Of a stretch of 64,000 bases of DNA, positions 1 through 12,999 are shown piece by piece. The position numbers and the translations under genes are program-made. The stretch is from Vicugna vicugna. Taxonomy: Eukaryota. The stretch lies in contig MU058289.1 in the NCBI GenBank assembly GCA_013265495.1, positions 248,001 through 312,000 on the forward strand, read 5' to 3'. The notes under the pieces were generated by a model, which worked only from the letters and a program-made list of their open reading frames with translations, did not search any database and was not told where the DNA came from. Within the stretch, counting starts at the first letter, position 1. Every line of letters begins with the position of its first letter.

Positions 1-3000
1 CCCCTGAGTACCTCCTCCCACCTCCCTACTTCCGAATGTGTAATAAGCTACCACTGAGTGTGTGTCCCCCTTCTGGTCCTGCATTTCCTGTGTCCACATT
101 CCCTGCAACCAGTCGTGGCCTCTGTCTTGCAGTCTCAGTCCAAGCCCTTGAACCTGGAAAAGGTCCTTAATTCCTGTACTACAGAGAAGTCAGTTCCCCC
201 ATCAAAGGGATGGATCCTTGGATATCAGAGACCAAGGCCCCACAACTCTTCTTCCCCAGTCTCTCTGCAGTCTTGCCTGAGATCCATGTAGTTGGTCAGT
301 GGTCCACATCGTCCCTTTCTGTGTAGGAGATGGAGGCCTCTGGTGAGGTGGTTTCAAATCTCTCAATCCAGCCACTTCAGGTCCCAACCTCGTCTGGTCA
401 CTTTTCTGCCTGGACCATCACCTGGCCTCCTCCCTCAACTCCCTGCTTCCCCTTTGTCCCACATGTGCAAACAGAACTGCCCCTGGAGCTTCCTCGAGAT
501 CAGGGAGCACTACTCTCCTCACTGCTCAAAACCCTCCAAAGGTTTCTCATGCCACTGAGAATAAAACCCACGCTCCTCCCAGTGGCCTAAGGGTCCTGCA
601 TCATCCGCCCCTTTCCCATTCTCCAGCCTCAACATGGCGTCACACCCCTTCCCTCACCCCATTCCAGCCTCCTGGCCTCCAGCGATGCTGTTGCAATTGC
701 CTGTAGTGCCCTTTCCACCCCTTGCATAGTAAACTTCAACCTGAGCATCCTTCAGGTCTCAGCAGAGGCGTTACTTCCTCCAGGAAGCCTCCCTCAATCT
801 CTCTTCCTGGATCCAACCCCCTGGTGATAGGGTCTCTCAGTTCCAAGGCGCTCTCCCCCATGGCCCATCTTGTCACCACAGATGCTTTACACTTGCTTGA
901 TTATTTAACGCTGTTTCCCCCACCAAATGGTGAGATATGTGAGGGCAGGACAGGCCTGTATTTGTTCAGTATTGAATCCCCGGCCCGTCGCACACAGTGG
1001 GCACGCAACAAATTGTTCCAATTGAAAAAGGAGGGTTGAGGAATGGCGCACTCTAGCTCCCCCTCATGGCAGCAACTGGTATTTTGTACCTGGCATTAGG
1101 TAGCCATCCAATCCTCCCACTCCCTAGGCACCTCACTCTCTCTGGTGGCTTCACCTGACCTCAGCCACCGAGGGTGACAAACAAGAAGAACCTCAGGATG
1201 CTGCTGGAGTACTCGGGGGTCAGATCAGGTCCCTGGGACTCAGATGGTTCCCTTGTCCAATGGGGGATCATTTCTAACCCTATACCCAACAAAAAAGTGT
1301 GGCAGAATCTAGGATGTTATCTCACAGGGACAAGTCATGTGTGCACCGAAAATGATCACGCAAATGGTCAGTCCAATCTTGGGCCCTCTTCCCCATGCCC
1401 CTCACACATCACTACAGACAAGAATGACAGGACCCACGTTCCCTCTGCATCTCTGCCTCTGGATCATCAGAGGTGGCCTGAGGTCAGGGGGCGCTATTCC
1501 TCTGACTGCTGATCCCATTCCTGGATCTCCACTGAGGCTCGACATTCCCAAGGCCCAGGGTTTGGTTCCCCAAACCTCTGAGCCTGGTGTTGTGAGGGCG
1601 GCCTAGGGCAGTCCTAGGCGGAGTGAGGACCAGCCCTGGAGAGACAGCATGTGGAAAGGCCCGGATCCACCTGAACTAGGCTCTAGGCCCCCAGAATTGC
1701 AGGGTCTACATGCCCTGTCTACACTTTCTCACCTCCTACTCTCAAATCTGCTGAATCTGGCACCTGCCCACCCGATCCCCTAGCACTGCTCTCACGGAGG
1801 TCACCACAGCCTTGATGTCGTTAAACAAACACAGAAGCCACTTGGGTCTGACTTGCCTGGTTTGCTTTACTCTGTCCCTCCACTTAATGCCCCTGTTTAG
1901 TCTTTGTCTTTTTTAGTTTAGGCTTTTCTTTGCCTGTCCCTTACATATGAGAAGTCTGGTGGCCTCAGTTCCCCATCACAGCTGACAGAGCCCTCATTTC
2001 TGTTCCCAAGCTCCTGTCTAAGAACATGGGTCCTGAGGCCTCCTGGCTGCCACCTCTTGGAGGCATCCTTGGTGACATGCCCATTCTCTGGGCTCCCCAT
2101 ATCCACCAAGTTCCACACTGGTCTCAGTGTCTTCCCCAACCCCCCCACCCCCTTCCTGCATCAGGGCAGCTCTACTGTCCCCTCCCCTGGCCAGAGCCCT
2201 GGGCCTTATCCTGGACACTTTCCTTCCCCCAAGGCCCTTCAGCTCCATAACCCACCCACTCAGCTCCTTGACTGTCTCTTACCCACCCCTTGCTGCTTTC
2301 GCCCAGCCCTGCCCTGGTCCAGCCTTGTCCTCACCCACTCAGCTCCCTGCCCTGGTTTTCCCCTAGGCTCCCAGCTTCAGTCTTCTCCTCTGGTCCTCCC
2401 TCTTCATAACAGCTAGAAGGATCTTAAAGCCCAAACCTGACCCTGTCCCTCCCTTGCAAAGACCCCTCTGTGGCTCCCCAGTACTATCAGGCTGGAGTCT
2501 GAACGGGAGTTCTGACCCCTCTCACCCCTCCTGCCTCACTTCTACCACCCCCGGGGCCTGGTACTTCCTAAGCCCTTGCTTGTGCTGTCCCTCTGCCTGG
2601 CACATCTTTCCCTCTGCTCTTTGCCCAATTGTCTCCTTCAGATGTCACTCTCAGATCACATGTCTCCTTCATGAAGCCCTCCCTGACCACACCTGTGCTG
2701 AGTCAGGCCCATTTTCTGGGCTCCTAGAATCTCCTAGGCTTCTCTCATCCCCAGGTCTCTGATCACTTGAGCTATCACTGTCTGAGGGGCAGGGCTTGGG
2801 GCTGCCTGGGTCACTGTAGCATCACCCAGCACAGGGCAGGCCCAGAGAGGATACTCGAGGAATGTCTGCTGACTGAGGCATAACCATCATCAGCCCTATC
2901 CAGGTACCTCAGATGGAACTGGGATGGGGAGGTTCTCTCACCAGAGGAGACACCCCAGCTCCAGACCCCTGAACGATCCCCCAACCCCAACAGACAAGAG

Positions 3001-3188
3001 ACAAGGGCAAGGGCCCAGGCCCAAGCTTAGAAAAATAGGACTTTCTTGTTGTGCCCCAGTGCCCCGACACCCTCCCCATCAGAGTTTTAAAAACCATGAG
3101 CAATTTGGTGAGTCTGAGGCCAGATCCCATGGGGTGTCTGGGTCCTGCCACCCCAGGGGCCAGAAGGGTCGTTGAGGTGGGCTCCAAG

Positions 3189-6100
3189 CTAGGGTCCCGT
3201 GGGTTCATGGCTGGGCCCCCAGGGCTCACAGTCCAGCTGGACCACTGTGTGGGCCCTGGGTGCAGCAGGCTCAGGGGCCGGTGGGGCTGGCATGGTGCCC
3301 AGAGCGCCATTGGTCTGGGAGCAAACGCTGCTGACAGGCGCTGATGCCTTGGCCTTGCCTGGGGGCTGGCCGCCGTGCACCTTGTAGCGCATAAGCAGCA
3401 CGAAGATGAAGACCAGTACCGAGGCCACGATGACCCCACCCAGCGCGATGATCATAGTGCCGCCCAGGAACGGTGCGTGTGGGGCCCCGCAGGGCCGCAG
3501 CGACGGCTCAGTGGAGAAGTGGTTGCAGCCTACGGGCCGCGTGGCCGTCAGCCCTGTCGCGCTGTCCTCGTACACAGCTAGCACACACAGATCGTAGGTG
3601 CGGCCTGATGCCAGGTCCGTCAACAGGAAGGAGCTGCTGTCGGCCGGGATCATCCTGGAGGGACAGGCAGCTGGGGGTCAGCACTCACCCTACACTCTGC
3701 CCCAACCCTCCAGTCTGGAAGATTTCTCCCCCGTCAGCTGCCTCATTTCACCCTAGTCCCTGGGTTCCCTCTAACCACCACTTGAATTCCGTTAGGTCTG
3801 ATAGCCATCAGCTGCCCAGTGTCTCTCCATTCTGTTAGCCAGTTCTACCCAAGCCCACTCTCTCGCTTTCCTGTTGCCTGCTGCTGAAATGCCCGTTTGA
3901 TCTCCCTCTGGCTGCAATGCACAAATTCCCTCCAGTGCTGCTGCCCACCTTCCCTCTGCTCTGCTGCCCAGTTTCATGCCAGCCCCACTGGCCCCCACCC
4001 CCCACACTGAGTCCTGCTTCATTTTATACCCAGCTGCCAAGTTCCTGTCTTGCATTGCCACCTGATTTCCCTGCAGCCCAAGTTCTCTAGCTTTGCTGCC
4101 CGATTTTGCTCCGTTCCACTGCCCTCTTTCACTCTGTTCCACTGCCTGATTTCACTTTGGTTCCCCCACCCTATTCTCCCCTAGCTCACTGCCTGAGTCT
4201 CTCCAGCCTACCTCCCGATTTCCCACCAGCCCACCGCCCAAGCTCCCTCTAGCCCGACAATTCTCACTGCCCTGTTTTGCTCTAACTCTGATATTCCTCT
4301 AACTCAGTGACCTTTTCCTTCTGACCACCCCCATTCACTTTCCTTCTAATCCCACCTCCAAGTCTCCCTCCAGACGCTCATCCGATTTCCCTCTGTTCTC
4401 CTGTCTGACTTTCCTCCAGCCAGTGCCTTATTTCCCTTTTCCAGCTGCCTGACTTTCCTCTAGTGCAAAGCTAGAATTCACTCTGATCTAACCGCCTGAC
4501 TCCCCCAACAGGCTGCTGCCTGATGTCCTTCTAACCTGCCAATGAATGTTCACCAACCCTGCTGCTGTATTATTATTACTCTAGCCATAGACGGCTTTCC
4601 AGTGAGCCCTGTCATCTGATTCCGTTTTCATTAAACTGATGAGCCTCAGTCACCACTGCTGATTTCTTTTTCTCCCTGTTGCCTTATTTCTTTCCAGCTC
4701 TGTCTCCCAATTCCCTTTCATCTCTGTGGCCTGGTTTCGATATATCCTTATCTTTCCCATTTCCTTTTATCCTTAGTACCCAATTCCACTCTATTTCCTT
4801 TTGTAGCAGAACGCCCTGTTGGAGATTTAACTTGTTTCATAATCTCTGTTTTATTCCTAAACTGCTTTAATGAGGGAACTCTGTGATTGTCTCTAGGAGA
4901 GCATTGTGCCATCCCCTGCCAGGCAAGGTGGACAGGACTTGTGTGATTTTCAGGTGTGGGCCCTCAGTGGAATGTACTGAGTACTGCTGTCTTAGAAAGA
5001 GAATGGAAAAAGCTCACTGGATTTCCAGGACTGAAAAGGAAATCAAGCGATGATCTCTTGAGGTTTGGGCTTCTGAGGGGGGAAAGGGAACTCAGGTCCT
5101 GGGTTTACAAGGTGCAGACCCCATGCCTTGAGAGGCCTGGTCCTCTGTAGCCAGGCCTCAGGGCCTGAACCCTTGGCCCAGCCTGGCAGTGAGAACAGGG
5201 AGCCGTGCATGAAAGGTTGGACTTAGGTCAGAGGTGTCAGCAGCCCCTGGGTCAGAAAGCCACCATGAGTGACCACATGTGGCCACAGCAGATGTTCCAA
5301 GTGCTCTCCAGCTAGGGGGCAGAAATTATGCTAATCCACCTCTTGGAGTGTGTAAGCCCCAAGTTCTGTGCTTGCAACCAGAGAACAGAGAAGGGAGTCC
5401 CCAACAGTGGCAAACTGAACATTCCTGTTCACCCAGTGGTGGAGCTTGAACTAGGGTTAATTTGATTTAGAAAACCAAACGTTGAGATATCATGTTAGAC
5501 CTCCAGACACGTGGAGCAGGTCACACCACAGAGACCTAAATCATAATCGCTATGTAAATTTCTCCCCCATTTTCCCTTTAACCTCTGGTCTGAGTTCCTT
5601 GCAGCAGGGCTGGCTCATTTCATTTCCCCATGATCCCTGTACCTACCTGCTTGATCTCTTTTTCTTCCTGCAGCCTGGCTTGAATCTAGCCCTGTTATCT
5701 GGAAACACCTGGTTTCCTTTTCTACTTAAATTTGTTTGTATCCCCTCAACCTTGCCCCTCACCCTCCAATTAACTTTTTACTCTCTGGCTTGATTTCTTT
5801 TACTCCTGCTGCCTGATTTCCTCTTTTCTGCTACTATTTACTTTTGCTGCCTTCTTTCTTTTTACCACTGCTGCATGATTTCTTTTGCCTTTGTCATCTG
5901 ATTTCCTTTGTAACCTTGCAGCCTCATTTCCTGTGCTGCAGCCTAGGGTATCAGTAGGTGTACCTCCAACCTTCCCTCCACCTCACTCCCCCTCCCAAAC
6001 TGCCCACCGCCTGGACCCTGCACCTGTAGACGAGGATGTCGTCGGCTGAGCTGTTGTACTGGATCTGGTACATGCGGATGCCAGGGATAGGCCGCTGATC

Positions 6101-7450
6101 TGGCCACTGGATGAGAGCAGCTGTGGCCCCATGCTCAGTCACCTGGACGCCGCGGTCAGTAGGGGGCCCAGTGTCAGCTGCCTTGGCGGATGCGGAGGCA
6201 GAGGCAGAGGCAGCAGAGGGCGGGGTGAGGGTATCAGGATCCCCGTCCCGCGGGGGGTCACAGCTGGTGCTGTTGGCTAGCTGGGGGGGCGGCGGGGGAC
6301 CCACGGTCAGCTCAACTGCAGCTGTGGCCTCGCCAGCTGCATTGGCCGCAATGCAGGTGAAGATGCCGCCATCGCCCGGCTCGGTGACCAGCAGCTCCAG
6401 CGTCCCATTAGGGAAGGCGCGAGCCCGGCTCGAGTTGCCCAGCAGCCGGCCCTGGGGTGACACCCAGCGCACACGGGGCTCGGGGTCCCCCACTGCCCGG
6501 CAGCGCAGGGCAGCTGGCCGACCGGCAGGCACCGCCAGGGGCGGCGAGCGGTGAGTCACCACGGGCGGCTCGCACACGAACTCCTCCTCACCCACCGCCC
6601 AGAAGTAGCGGCCGCCCAGAGCCGGCGGGGAGGCGCAGGCCTCGAGGTCGTCCTCCCGCGCCAGCCGCCGCAGCCACACCAGCTCGCAGTTGCAGTGCAG
6701 GGGGTTCCCGCCGAAGGCCAGCACCAGGGCGGACGCGGGGGAGCCGCGGGGCCGGGCTAGCAGCGGCAGGCGGGAGAAGAGCGGGTCGGGCGGGATGGTG
6801 GTCAGGCGGTTGGAGGTCATGTCCAGCCGCGCCAACTTGTGTAAGCGGGAGAAGGCGCCGGCGGGCACGGAAGCCAGCAGGTTGTGGTCCAGGCCCAATG
6901 TATTGACGTTGCCCAGGCGGCCCAAAGCCTCCCAGGGCAGCTGTTCCAGGTTGTTGTAGGAGAGATCGAGGTCCTCGAGGGTCTCGGCGCAGTCGTCCAG
7001 GGCGCCGGCCGCCAGGGCTGCCAGCTGGTTGTTGCTCAGGATGAGGTGGCGCAAGTTGACCAGGCCGCGCAGCTGACCCTCACCCAGCGAGGTCAGCCGG
7101 TTGCCGTCCAGGTGCAGAGCGCGCAGGGCCCGAAGGTCAGCGAAGGCGCCGGCTGCCACGTGGCGGATGGTGTTGCGTGACAAGCTCAGATGCAGCAGGC
7201 CCGTCATGTTGGCCAGGTCGCGGCGCCGCACGGCCGCAATGAAGTTGTCAGCCAGGCGCAGCTCGGCCGCCCGGCGGTCCAGCGAGGGTGGCACAAACAG
7301 AAGGCCTGCCCCTGGGCACAGCACACTTAGGGGCAGGGATTGTGTCTGGCAGCGGCAGCGGCGGGGACACGGGCTGGCTGTGGCTGGCTGTGGTGGAGAC
7401 GAGGCAGGGGCCAGCGGCAGCAGGCAGAGGAGCAGCGGGAGGATGGCCAT
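3189..7450 (-). CDS. LRFN3: Leucine-rich repeat and fibronectin type III domain-containing protein 3 (SALM4), 2 coding exons, 630 aa
   Basis: Coding exons are 7450-6024 ([14 protein letters not shown]..., LRRNT, LRRs, [17 protein letters not shown], Ig, start of FN3; donor TACAG|gtgcag) and 3654-3189 (acceptor ctccag|G, rest of FN3, [29 protein letters not shown], tail ...HEPTGP*). The phase-2 junction gives R; 1893 nt in total. The exon 2 acceptor ccgcag| is at 7467-7468. Confidence 0.97.
3740..4700. repeat. Pyrimidine-rich degenerate repeat region in LRFN3 intron 2 (ctgcctgatttc-like units)
   Basis: Recurrent ctgcc(t/c)gattt(c/t) and tttcctctag-like words on the + strand; similar words recur at 5780-5930. 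Confidence 0.5.
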
Positions 7451-7499
7451 CGCGGGCAGGGGTGGCCTGCGGGGAAGAAGGGGGATGTTAGGGCAGGCG

Positions 7500-8800
7500 G
7501 AGGTCAGAAGAGGGGTGTCAGAGGGGGTGAGGTGGTCCAAGACCAGAAGAGAAAGTCACAGGGGGCTGAAGCATAAGAGTTGGTCAAAGATGGTTAGAGA
7601 GAGGCGTGGTCAGACAGATCAAAAGCCAGAGGAGATGGTCACAGACTCAGAGAGATGTGTCACGGGGGAATAGAGTTAAGCAGAAATGAGGAAAGATGGT
7701 TAGAGGGAAGGAGGTGATTAGAAATGATCAGAGGCAGTCAGAGAACAGGAGCAGGGGTCAGGGTCGGTGGAAGGTAAGCCAGAGAGCTTTAGACGTGGTC
7801 AAAGAGGGATGCTCCAAGATGGCCCAAGAGAGAAGAGGTAGTTAGGGCGGTGGGAATGATTAGAAGTAGCCAGACATGACCAGACGAGAGAGGTAGTTAG
7901 AGATGATCAAGAAGATGAGAGGTCAACAGAGAGAGAGGAAGTGGCCAGGGGCGGTCAGGTCCAGGAGAGAGGGTCTGAAATGGTCAAAAGGCAGAGAGGT
8001 AGTTAGAGAGAGGAGAGAACAGACATGGTAGAGACAGTTGGAGATGGGACAGATGGGTATGGGGAGAGAGGAAAGGCAGCCAGAGATGTTAAAAATGGTC
8101 AGAGAACACCAATGAGCAAGAAAGACAGAGAGAACAGAGGCAGTCAGTAAAGGCGAGAGGTGGTCAGATGGTCATAGACTGGCAGTTTAGGGTCAGGAGT
8201 GGGTGGAGGGCAAAAGAGGTGGTGAAAGTTGGTCAGAGAGATAAAAGGCCGACAGAAGAAGCCAGGAGGAGAGACAGACAGAAGCAGCTGGAAAGAAGAT
8301 TTGGAGAGAAAGATGTCAAAGATGGTCAGAGACAGTCATACATCAAAGCTTAAAGTCAGGGGTAGACACTGGCAAGAGAGCCGGTAAAAGATGATTAGAG
8401 AGAGGTACCGCGGACAGAGATGTCAAAGGTGGTCACTGAGTGAAACAGTAGACAGAGGTGGCCAGAGAGAGGAGCTATGGACAGGGGTGTTTAAGATGAC
8501 GATCAAAGACAGAAGAGGCAAACACAGATGGTCACTGAGAGGAGTGGTAGCCAGAGGGGCCAGAGATAAGAGCAGTGGACAAAAGTGTCAAAGATGATTA
8601 GAGAGAGGACAGGTGAATAGAGATGGTCAGTGAGGAGAGGTGGAGAAAGGAGACTGGAGAGAGGAGTGGTGGACAGGAGAGGCGGCTGGAGATGATCAAA
8701 TAAGACAGATGGTAGGGAGAGGCTGGAGTGCCAGGGTGGAGGTGGTCATAGACCTGGAGATGCCATCACCTGGGGAAGAGGAGGTCAGAGAGGGGCAGGG
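7500..8800. repeat. Purine-rich degenerate repeat region in LRFN3 intron 1 (gatggtcagaga-like units)
   Basis: Many gatggtca / gtggtca / gatgattaga words embedded in GA-rich sequence. Confidence 0.6.
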
Positions 8801-8987
8801 CTGGCCAAGTGTCCATAGAGTGTTGGAGCCAGAGCAGGAGCTGGAGGCAGATACTTGATGGGGTATGGCTGTTATCTGGGGAAATTCTAAGGGTGTCCAG
8901 GGGGACCTGGTCCTCCTTACCTCCACCCCGAGCCACAAAGTTCCTCCCAAGTCTCTCCCCACCATGGGGGTCTCCCAGTAGCCTTAC

Positions 8988-10200
8988 CTGAGCTGGAAGC
9001 TGCCCCAGGGAGCAGAGTCCTCAAGCTCCAAGGGGGTCAGGGGTCAGGACTCTGGAGGGGGTGCCTGGTCATGCCTTCCCTGTCCCCAAGGCCTCTGCAG
9101 AGGGATTGTCTGTTGGATCTCAGTTCAGATTTGTGGCCACAGAGTCTCTCGATCTTGTCACTTTGGGTCCTAGATCTCCAAATATTGGGCCTCTAAGGGT
9201 CCAGTTTTAGAGACCCAGGCCCCAGTGTGGGTTGCTCAGAGTCAGGGTCTCCCAGCTCCAGGCTTGGGATGCTAAACAGACAAATGGAGAGTTTAAGGTC
9301 TGAGTCCCAAGCCCAGTCTTGGGATCAGATATTGGGGTGCTAAGTCAAGATTTGCCCCAAATTTCAGCATTCAGTTTTGCAGCAAGGACTTCAGGCCCGA
9401 ACTCAAGTTTAGGCCCCTTTGAATGCCAGGGTTCAGATCTTGGAATCTGAGGCCTAAAACTCAGGGTTCAGGTCCCAAAAAGCAGGTTCCAGGGTACAGA
9501 AATGAGAATCCAGTCCCAGATTTCAAAGTCCCAGGCACACAACTCAGAGTTTAGCTCCAGATTTGGGGTTTCAGATGCCAAATCTTGAGGTTCAGGCTCC
9601 AAATCTTGGGGTCCATATTACAATTCTTGGGGTTCAGGCTCCAAATCTTGGGGTCCCAGGAACTGATGTTGAGATTTCAGCCCCAGATATGGATCTTCAG
9701 GCTCCAGGTCTTGGGGTCCCAGCCCCAGTTTAGGCTCTCAGGCTTGAGTGTCCAGTTATCTGGATCCAATCTCAGGGTGCAGGCCCCCGATTTCGGGGTG
9801 CAGGCCCTGGGTCTGGAAACGCGGCGTCCTGGCTTGCTTCCCAGCCTGAGGTGGGGGCTGGCCCAGAGGGAGGGGGCGGCTGCGGAGGGGGTGGGGGGGC
9901 GGCCAGGCAGCCCCGGGGGCCGGGGTGGGGCGAGGCCGAGAGGCGGACAGACGGACAGACAGGAACAGGCAGAGTACGGGTACCGCAGCACAGGCGGGGG
10001 CGCAGGGGGGAGGGGCCGCGCTCAGAGACCCCTCCCCCGCCGGGGCCGGGGCGGGGGCCGGGCGGGGGCCGGGCAGGCGGGCCGGGTCCTGGCGCTCCCG
10101 CGGCCTCCTCGCCGGGAACCCAGGGCCGTGCGCGCGCCCGCACTTAAAGGCGCAGGCCCCGCGCGCGCCCGCGCTTAAAGGTGTAGGCAGGCCCCTCTCT
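8988..10200 (-). promoter_or_regulatory. LRFN3 non-coding first exon and CpG-island promoter (TSS not resolvable)
   Basis: Strong donor CAG|gtaagg on the minus strand at 8988. A GC/CpG-rich island at about 9780-10180 contains GC boxes and G-runs upstream of the LRFN3 coding exon. Confidence 0.65.
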
Positions 10201-10269
10201 CAAAGGCGAGTCCCTGGCCCCACCTCCCATGGAGTCATCCTGGTTTTGCCTGCGAGAGAGAACCCTTGG

Positions 10270-10560
10270 ATACAGAGTCAAGAGAGACAGAGAGACACAC
10301 AGAGGTAGAAAAAGACAGACAAAAAGATAGGCAGGCTTAGACTGAGCGACAGAGAAGAGCTGAATGAAAGGGGCAGATGGGGAGACAGAGAGATAGAAAG
10401 ACACACATATTCAAGGAGAGACGGAAATACAGAGACAGTGAGAGACCCAGAAAGAAACAGACAAGAGACAGGACAAGTTAGAGATAGACAGAGAGACATA
10501 GAGAAAGTCAAAGAGACAGAGACACGAGGAGAGAGAGAGAGACAGGGACAGACTGAGCGA
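10270..10560. repeat. GA/GACA-rich low-complexity tract
   Basis: Runs of gagaca/gacaga/gagaga. Confidence 0.7.
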
Positions 10561-11929
10561 CTCAGCTGTGAGGATGGGGATGTGTGTGTGGGTGTGTCCA
10601 GATCTCATTCACAGCTTTGAATCTGATTCTCCATCTCAGAGCCACCTGCCCCCCATGCCTGTCTCCTTCTGCCCCTCTGTCTCAGCACTGCCGTTCTGGG
10701 ATGTCCTTCCCACAAGTGGAGTCTCCTTACTTGGACTCAGCTCAGCAACAAGCTTGATCTTTCAGGCCAGAGGGTAGACTCTGCTCCTTCCCAAGTCTCC
10801 CTGGCCTGGCTGCAAGGGGAAAGCTTGGCTCCAAGTCCCTATGCCTCTGGAATTAGAGCTAGACCTCAAGACACACTGGCCAGATATCCCATGGAGGAAG
10901 AGGAAGATAGGAATTGGGACAGAGGCAGGGGGCTGGTCAGACTGACCCAGAAAAGTATGTCCACTGCCTTCCTCTCTCCCCAACTCAGGTCCACTGCTCT
11001 GCAGGGTACCCTACTAGAATTGTACTAACACATGACTCACCGGGAGCGGTGTCTGCCTGTACTGATGCTTGTGGAAGATAGTGGAGGGGAGCGGGGGGAG
11101 GGGTCCCACATGTTTCCTGACAGATGGTATTGCAGGAAGAGGGATGTGGGCCGTGGTCCACAAGCCTGGCTTGGGAACTTGGTTATGGCAACACGGGGAC
11201 CTAATCTTGGGAGCTCTGGTCTGAAGGGGCCACCACTTTTGTTTGTGGTCGCAGCCCTACCCTGGGGAAACCTGATCACGCCAACCCAGGGAACGCCCAT
11301 CTGAGGGGAAGAGTAAAGCAGACTTGTTGGGGGCAGGGGCATGAATGCACATCCACCCTGGCATCCCTAGCTCTGCTGAAGGTTTCAGAGCAGACTTTTG
11401 GCTCCTTCCACTTCTGTGTATTGAAAAATTGCAGCTAAAATTAACTCAGCTCAAGGGCCCGCCTTTCCCGATCATTAGCAAAGTTCATCAGTGCTCCTGG
11501 CCCAGCATAGCAGATGCTGGCTCCCCAGACATTCAGAAAAAGGATGAGACGTTTCAGAGACACTACAGAAGTGGTGGAGGTGGGTGAGATAGAGGGAAAT
11601 ACCTGGAGACAATCCCAAAAAGACAGGGATTAGAATTCAGTGGAACTGGGCTGATTTGGGGCGTGGCCCCAGGAAATGGGCAAGGGATGGGGAAGAGCGA
11701 GGCAGAGGAGGAACAGTTAATAGGAGGTTCAGATGAGGAGCAGGTTATTCCTTTGGACAACTGGGGCTCAGTTCTGCTGGGGAACATTTAGGAGAGAGGC
11801 TGGGGCATTTATCCACCGAATCTTGCCGCATTTGGTGATGACTGTCCATTTGGTGAGAGGCGGTGGTGCTGAGAGCCATCTGAAATTTGAGGCGAAAAAG
11901 CAGAGAGGGATGCCTTGCGGGAGCTGGAC

Positions 11930-12083
11930 CAGAGGTCCTCACACTGTAGCTGCATCAGGATCACCTGGAGGACTTGTTACTATAGATCTCTAGGCCCTAG
12001 TCCCACAGTTTCTGATTTGCATTTCTAAATTCCCAGGCAATGGTAATGCTGTTGGCCCAGGGACCATATTTTGAGACCCACTG
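11930..12083. mobile_element. MER5A-like hAT-Charlie DNA transposon relic
   Basis: cagaggtcctcacactgtagctgcatcaggatcacctggagg ... ggaccatattttgagacccactg resembles the MER5A consensus and its terminal inverted repeats (from memory). Confidence 0.7.
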
Positions 12084-12999
12084 GGCTAAACCAGGAACAT
12101 CAGCAGTGTGCATGGTTCTGTCCACCACAGCTATGCCAAAACGTGGTGCTCTGAGGGCATGTTACACCCTAAGTGTGTGCCAAAGAAACCAACATGTTTA
12201 GAGACATAAAATGGGATTTGGCATTAGAGGGAGGCAGAGGCAAAGATGCCAGTTCAACATTTACTTTGGATTTCTGGGCATGGTTGTGTACTAAATGACA
12301 CTGCAGTAAAAGTGTGACCAAGACAGCATCAGGGCCGGCTTCATGGAACTCACATTCCAAAAGGGAGAAAGACACATCTCCAGACAGCCCAGAGTGGTCA
12401 GGGCCAGGATGGGAGAATCTTGGTGTAAAAAGATTGGGACTGTCATGACAGAGGCCTAGGCCACAGTGGTCAGGGTGTGATCAGGGAAGCAGAGGGCAAA
12501 ATAATAAGGGTTTTGATAACAAAGCACAGGCCAGAGTGATCAGGGCTCTGTTGAGGGAAACAGAGGGTGTGGGGCCCCAAAAGCAGAGTCTAACCCTTCC
12601 ACCCCCTCCCCCCAGAGTCAGGAGGGCTTCCTGGAGGAAGGGAACTTTATACTGAGAGATAAGTACAAATGAAGCCGGTGGCCAAAGGGAACCCCTATGC
12701 TGTTTGTGTGTCTTCACGCCATGGCATGTGCAGTCTAGGGGTCCCTGTGGTGCCTGAATGGTACCACGAGTGTGTCTGCATGTGCTGTAATCCCTCATTA
12801 GCTCCCGGAAGGGGATCCTAGTGGGATGGTTGTTTCAGGGACTCCGCTTAATTGCTGTGTTTACTTAATTGCAACATCTGGAGAAGGGGACAGAAGCAGC
12901 GGAAACAGCCACAGCAGGAAGAATGAGGTTAAACTGTCTGAGAGCTGAGGGAGCTGAGGGAGGAAGGGAACTGCTCATATCCACACACGGAATCTCCAT

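Noticed and set aside
5951..7540. 529-aa ORF-track version of LRFN3 with extra N- and C-terminal residues
   Set aside because: It starts at a non-ATG codon upstream of the splice acceptor (7467) and runs past the donor at 6023. The real CDS starts at ATG 7450 and splices to 3654.
6111..7673. Several long plus-strand ORFs antisense to LRFN3
   Set aside because: Shadow ORFs of a GC-rich coding exon with no recognisable protein features.
9585..10308. Overlapping Gly/Arg/Pro-rich ORFs at the LRFN3 island (similarly 58034-58672 at APLP1)
   Set aside because: Expected stop-codon depletion in CpG islands; no homology recognised.
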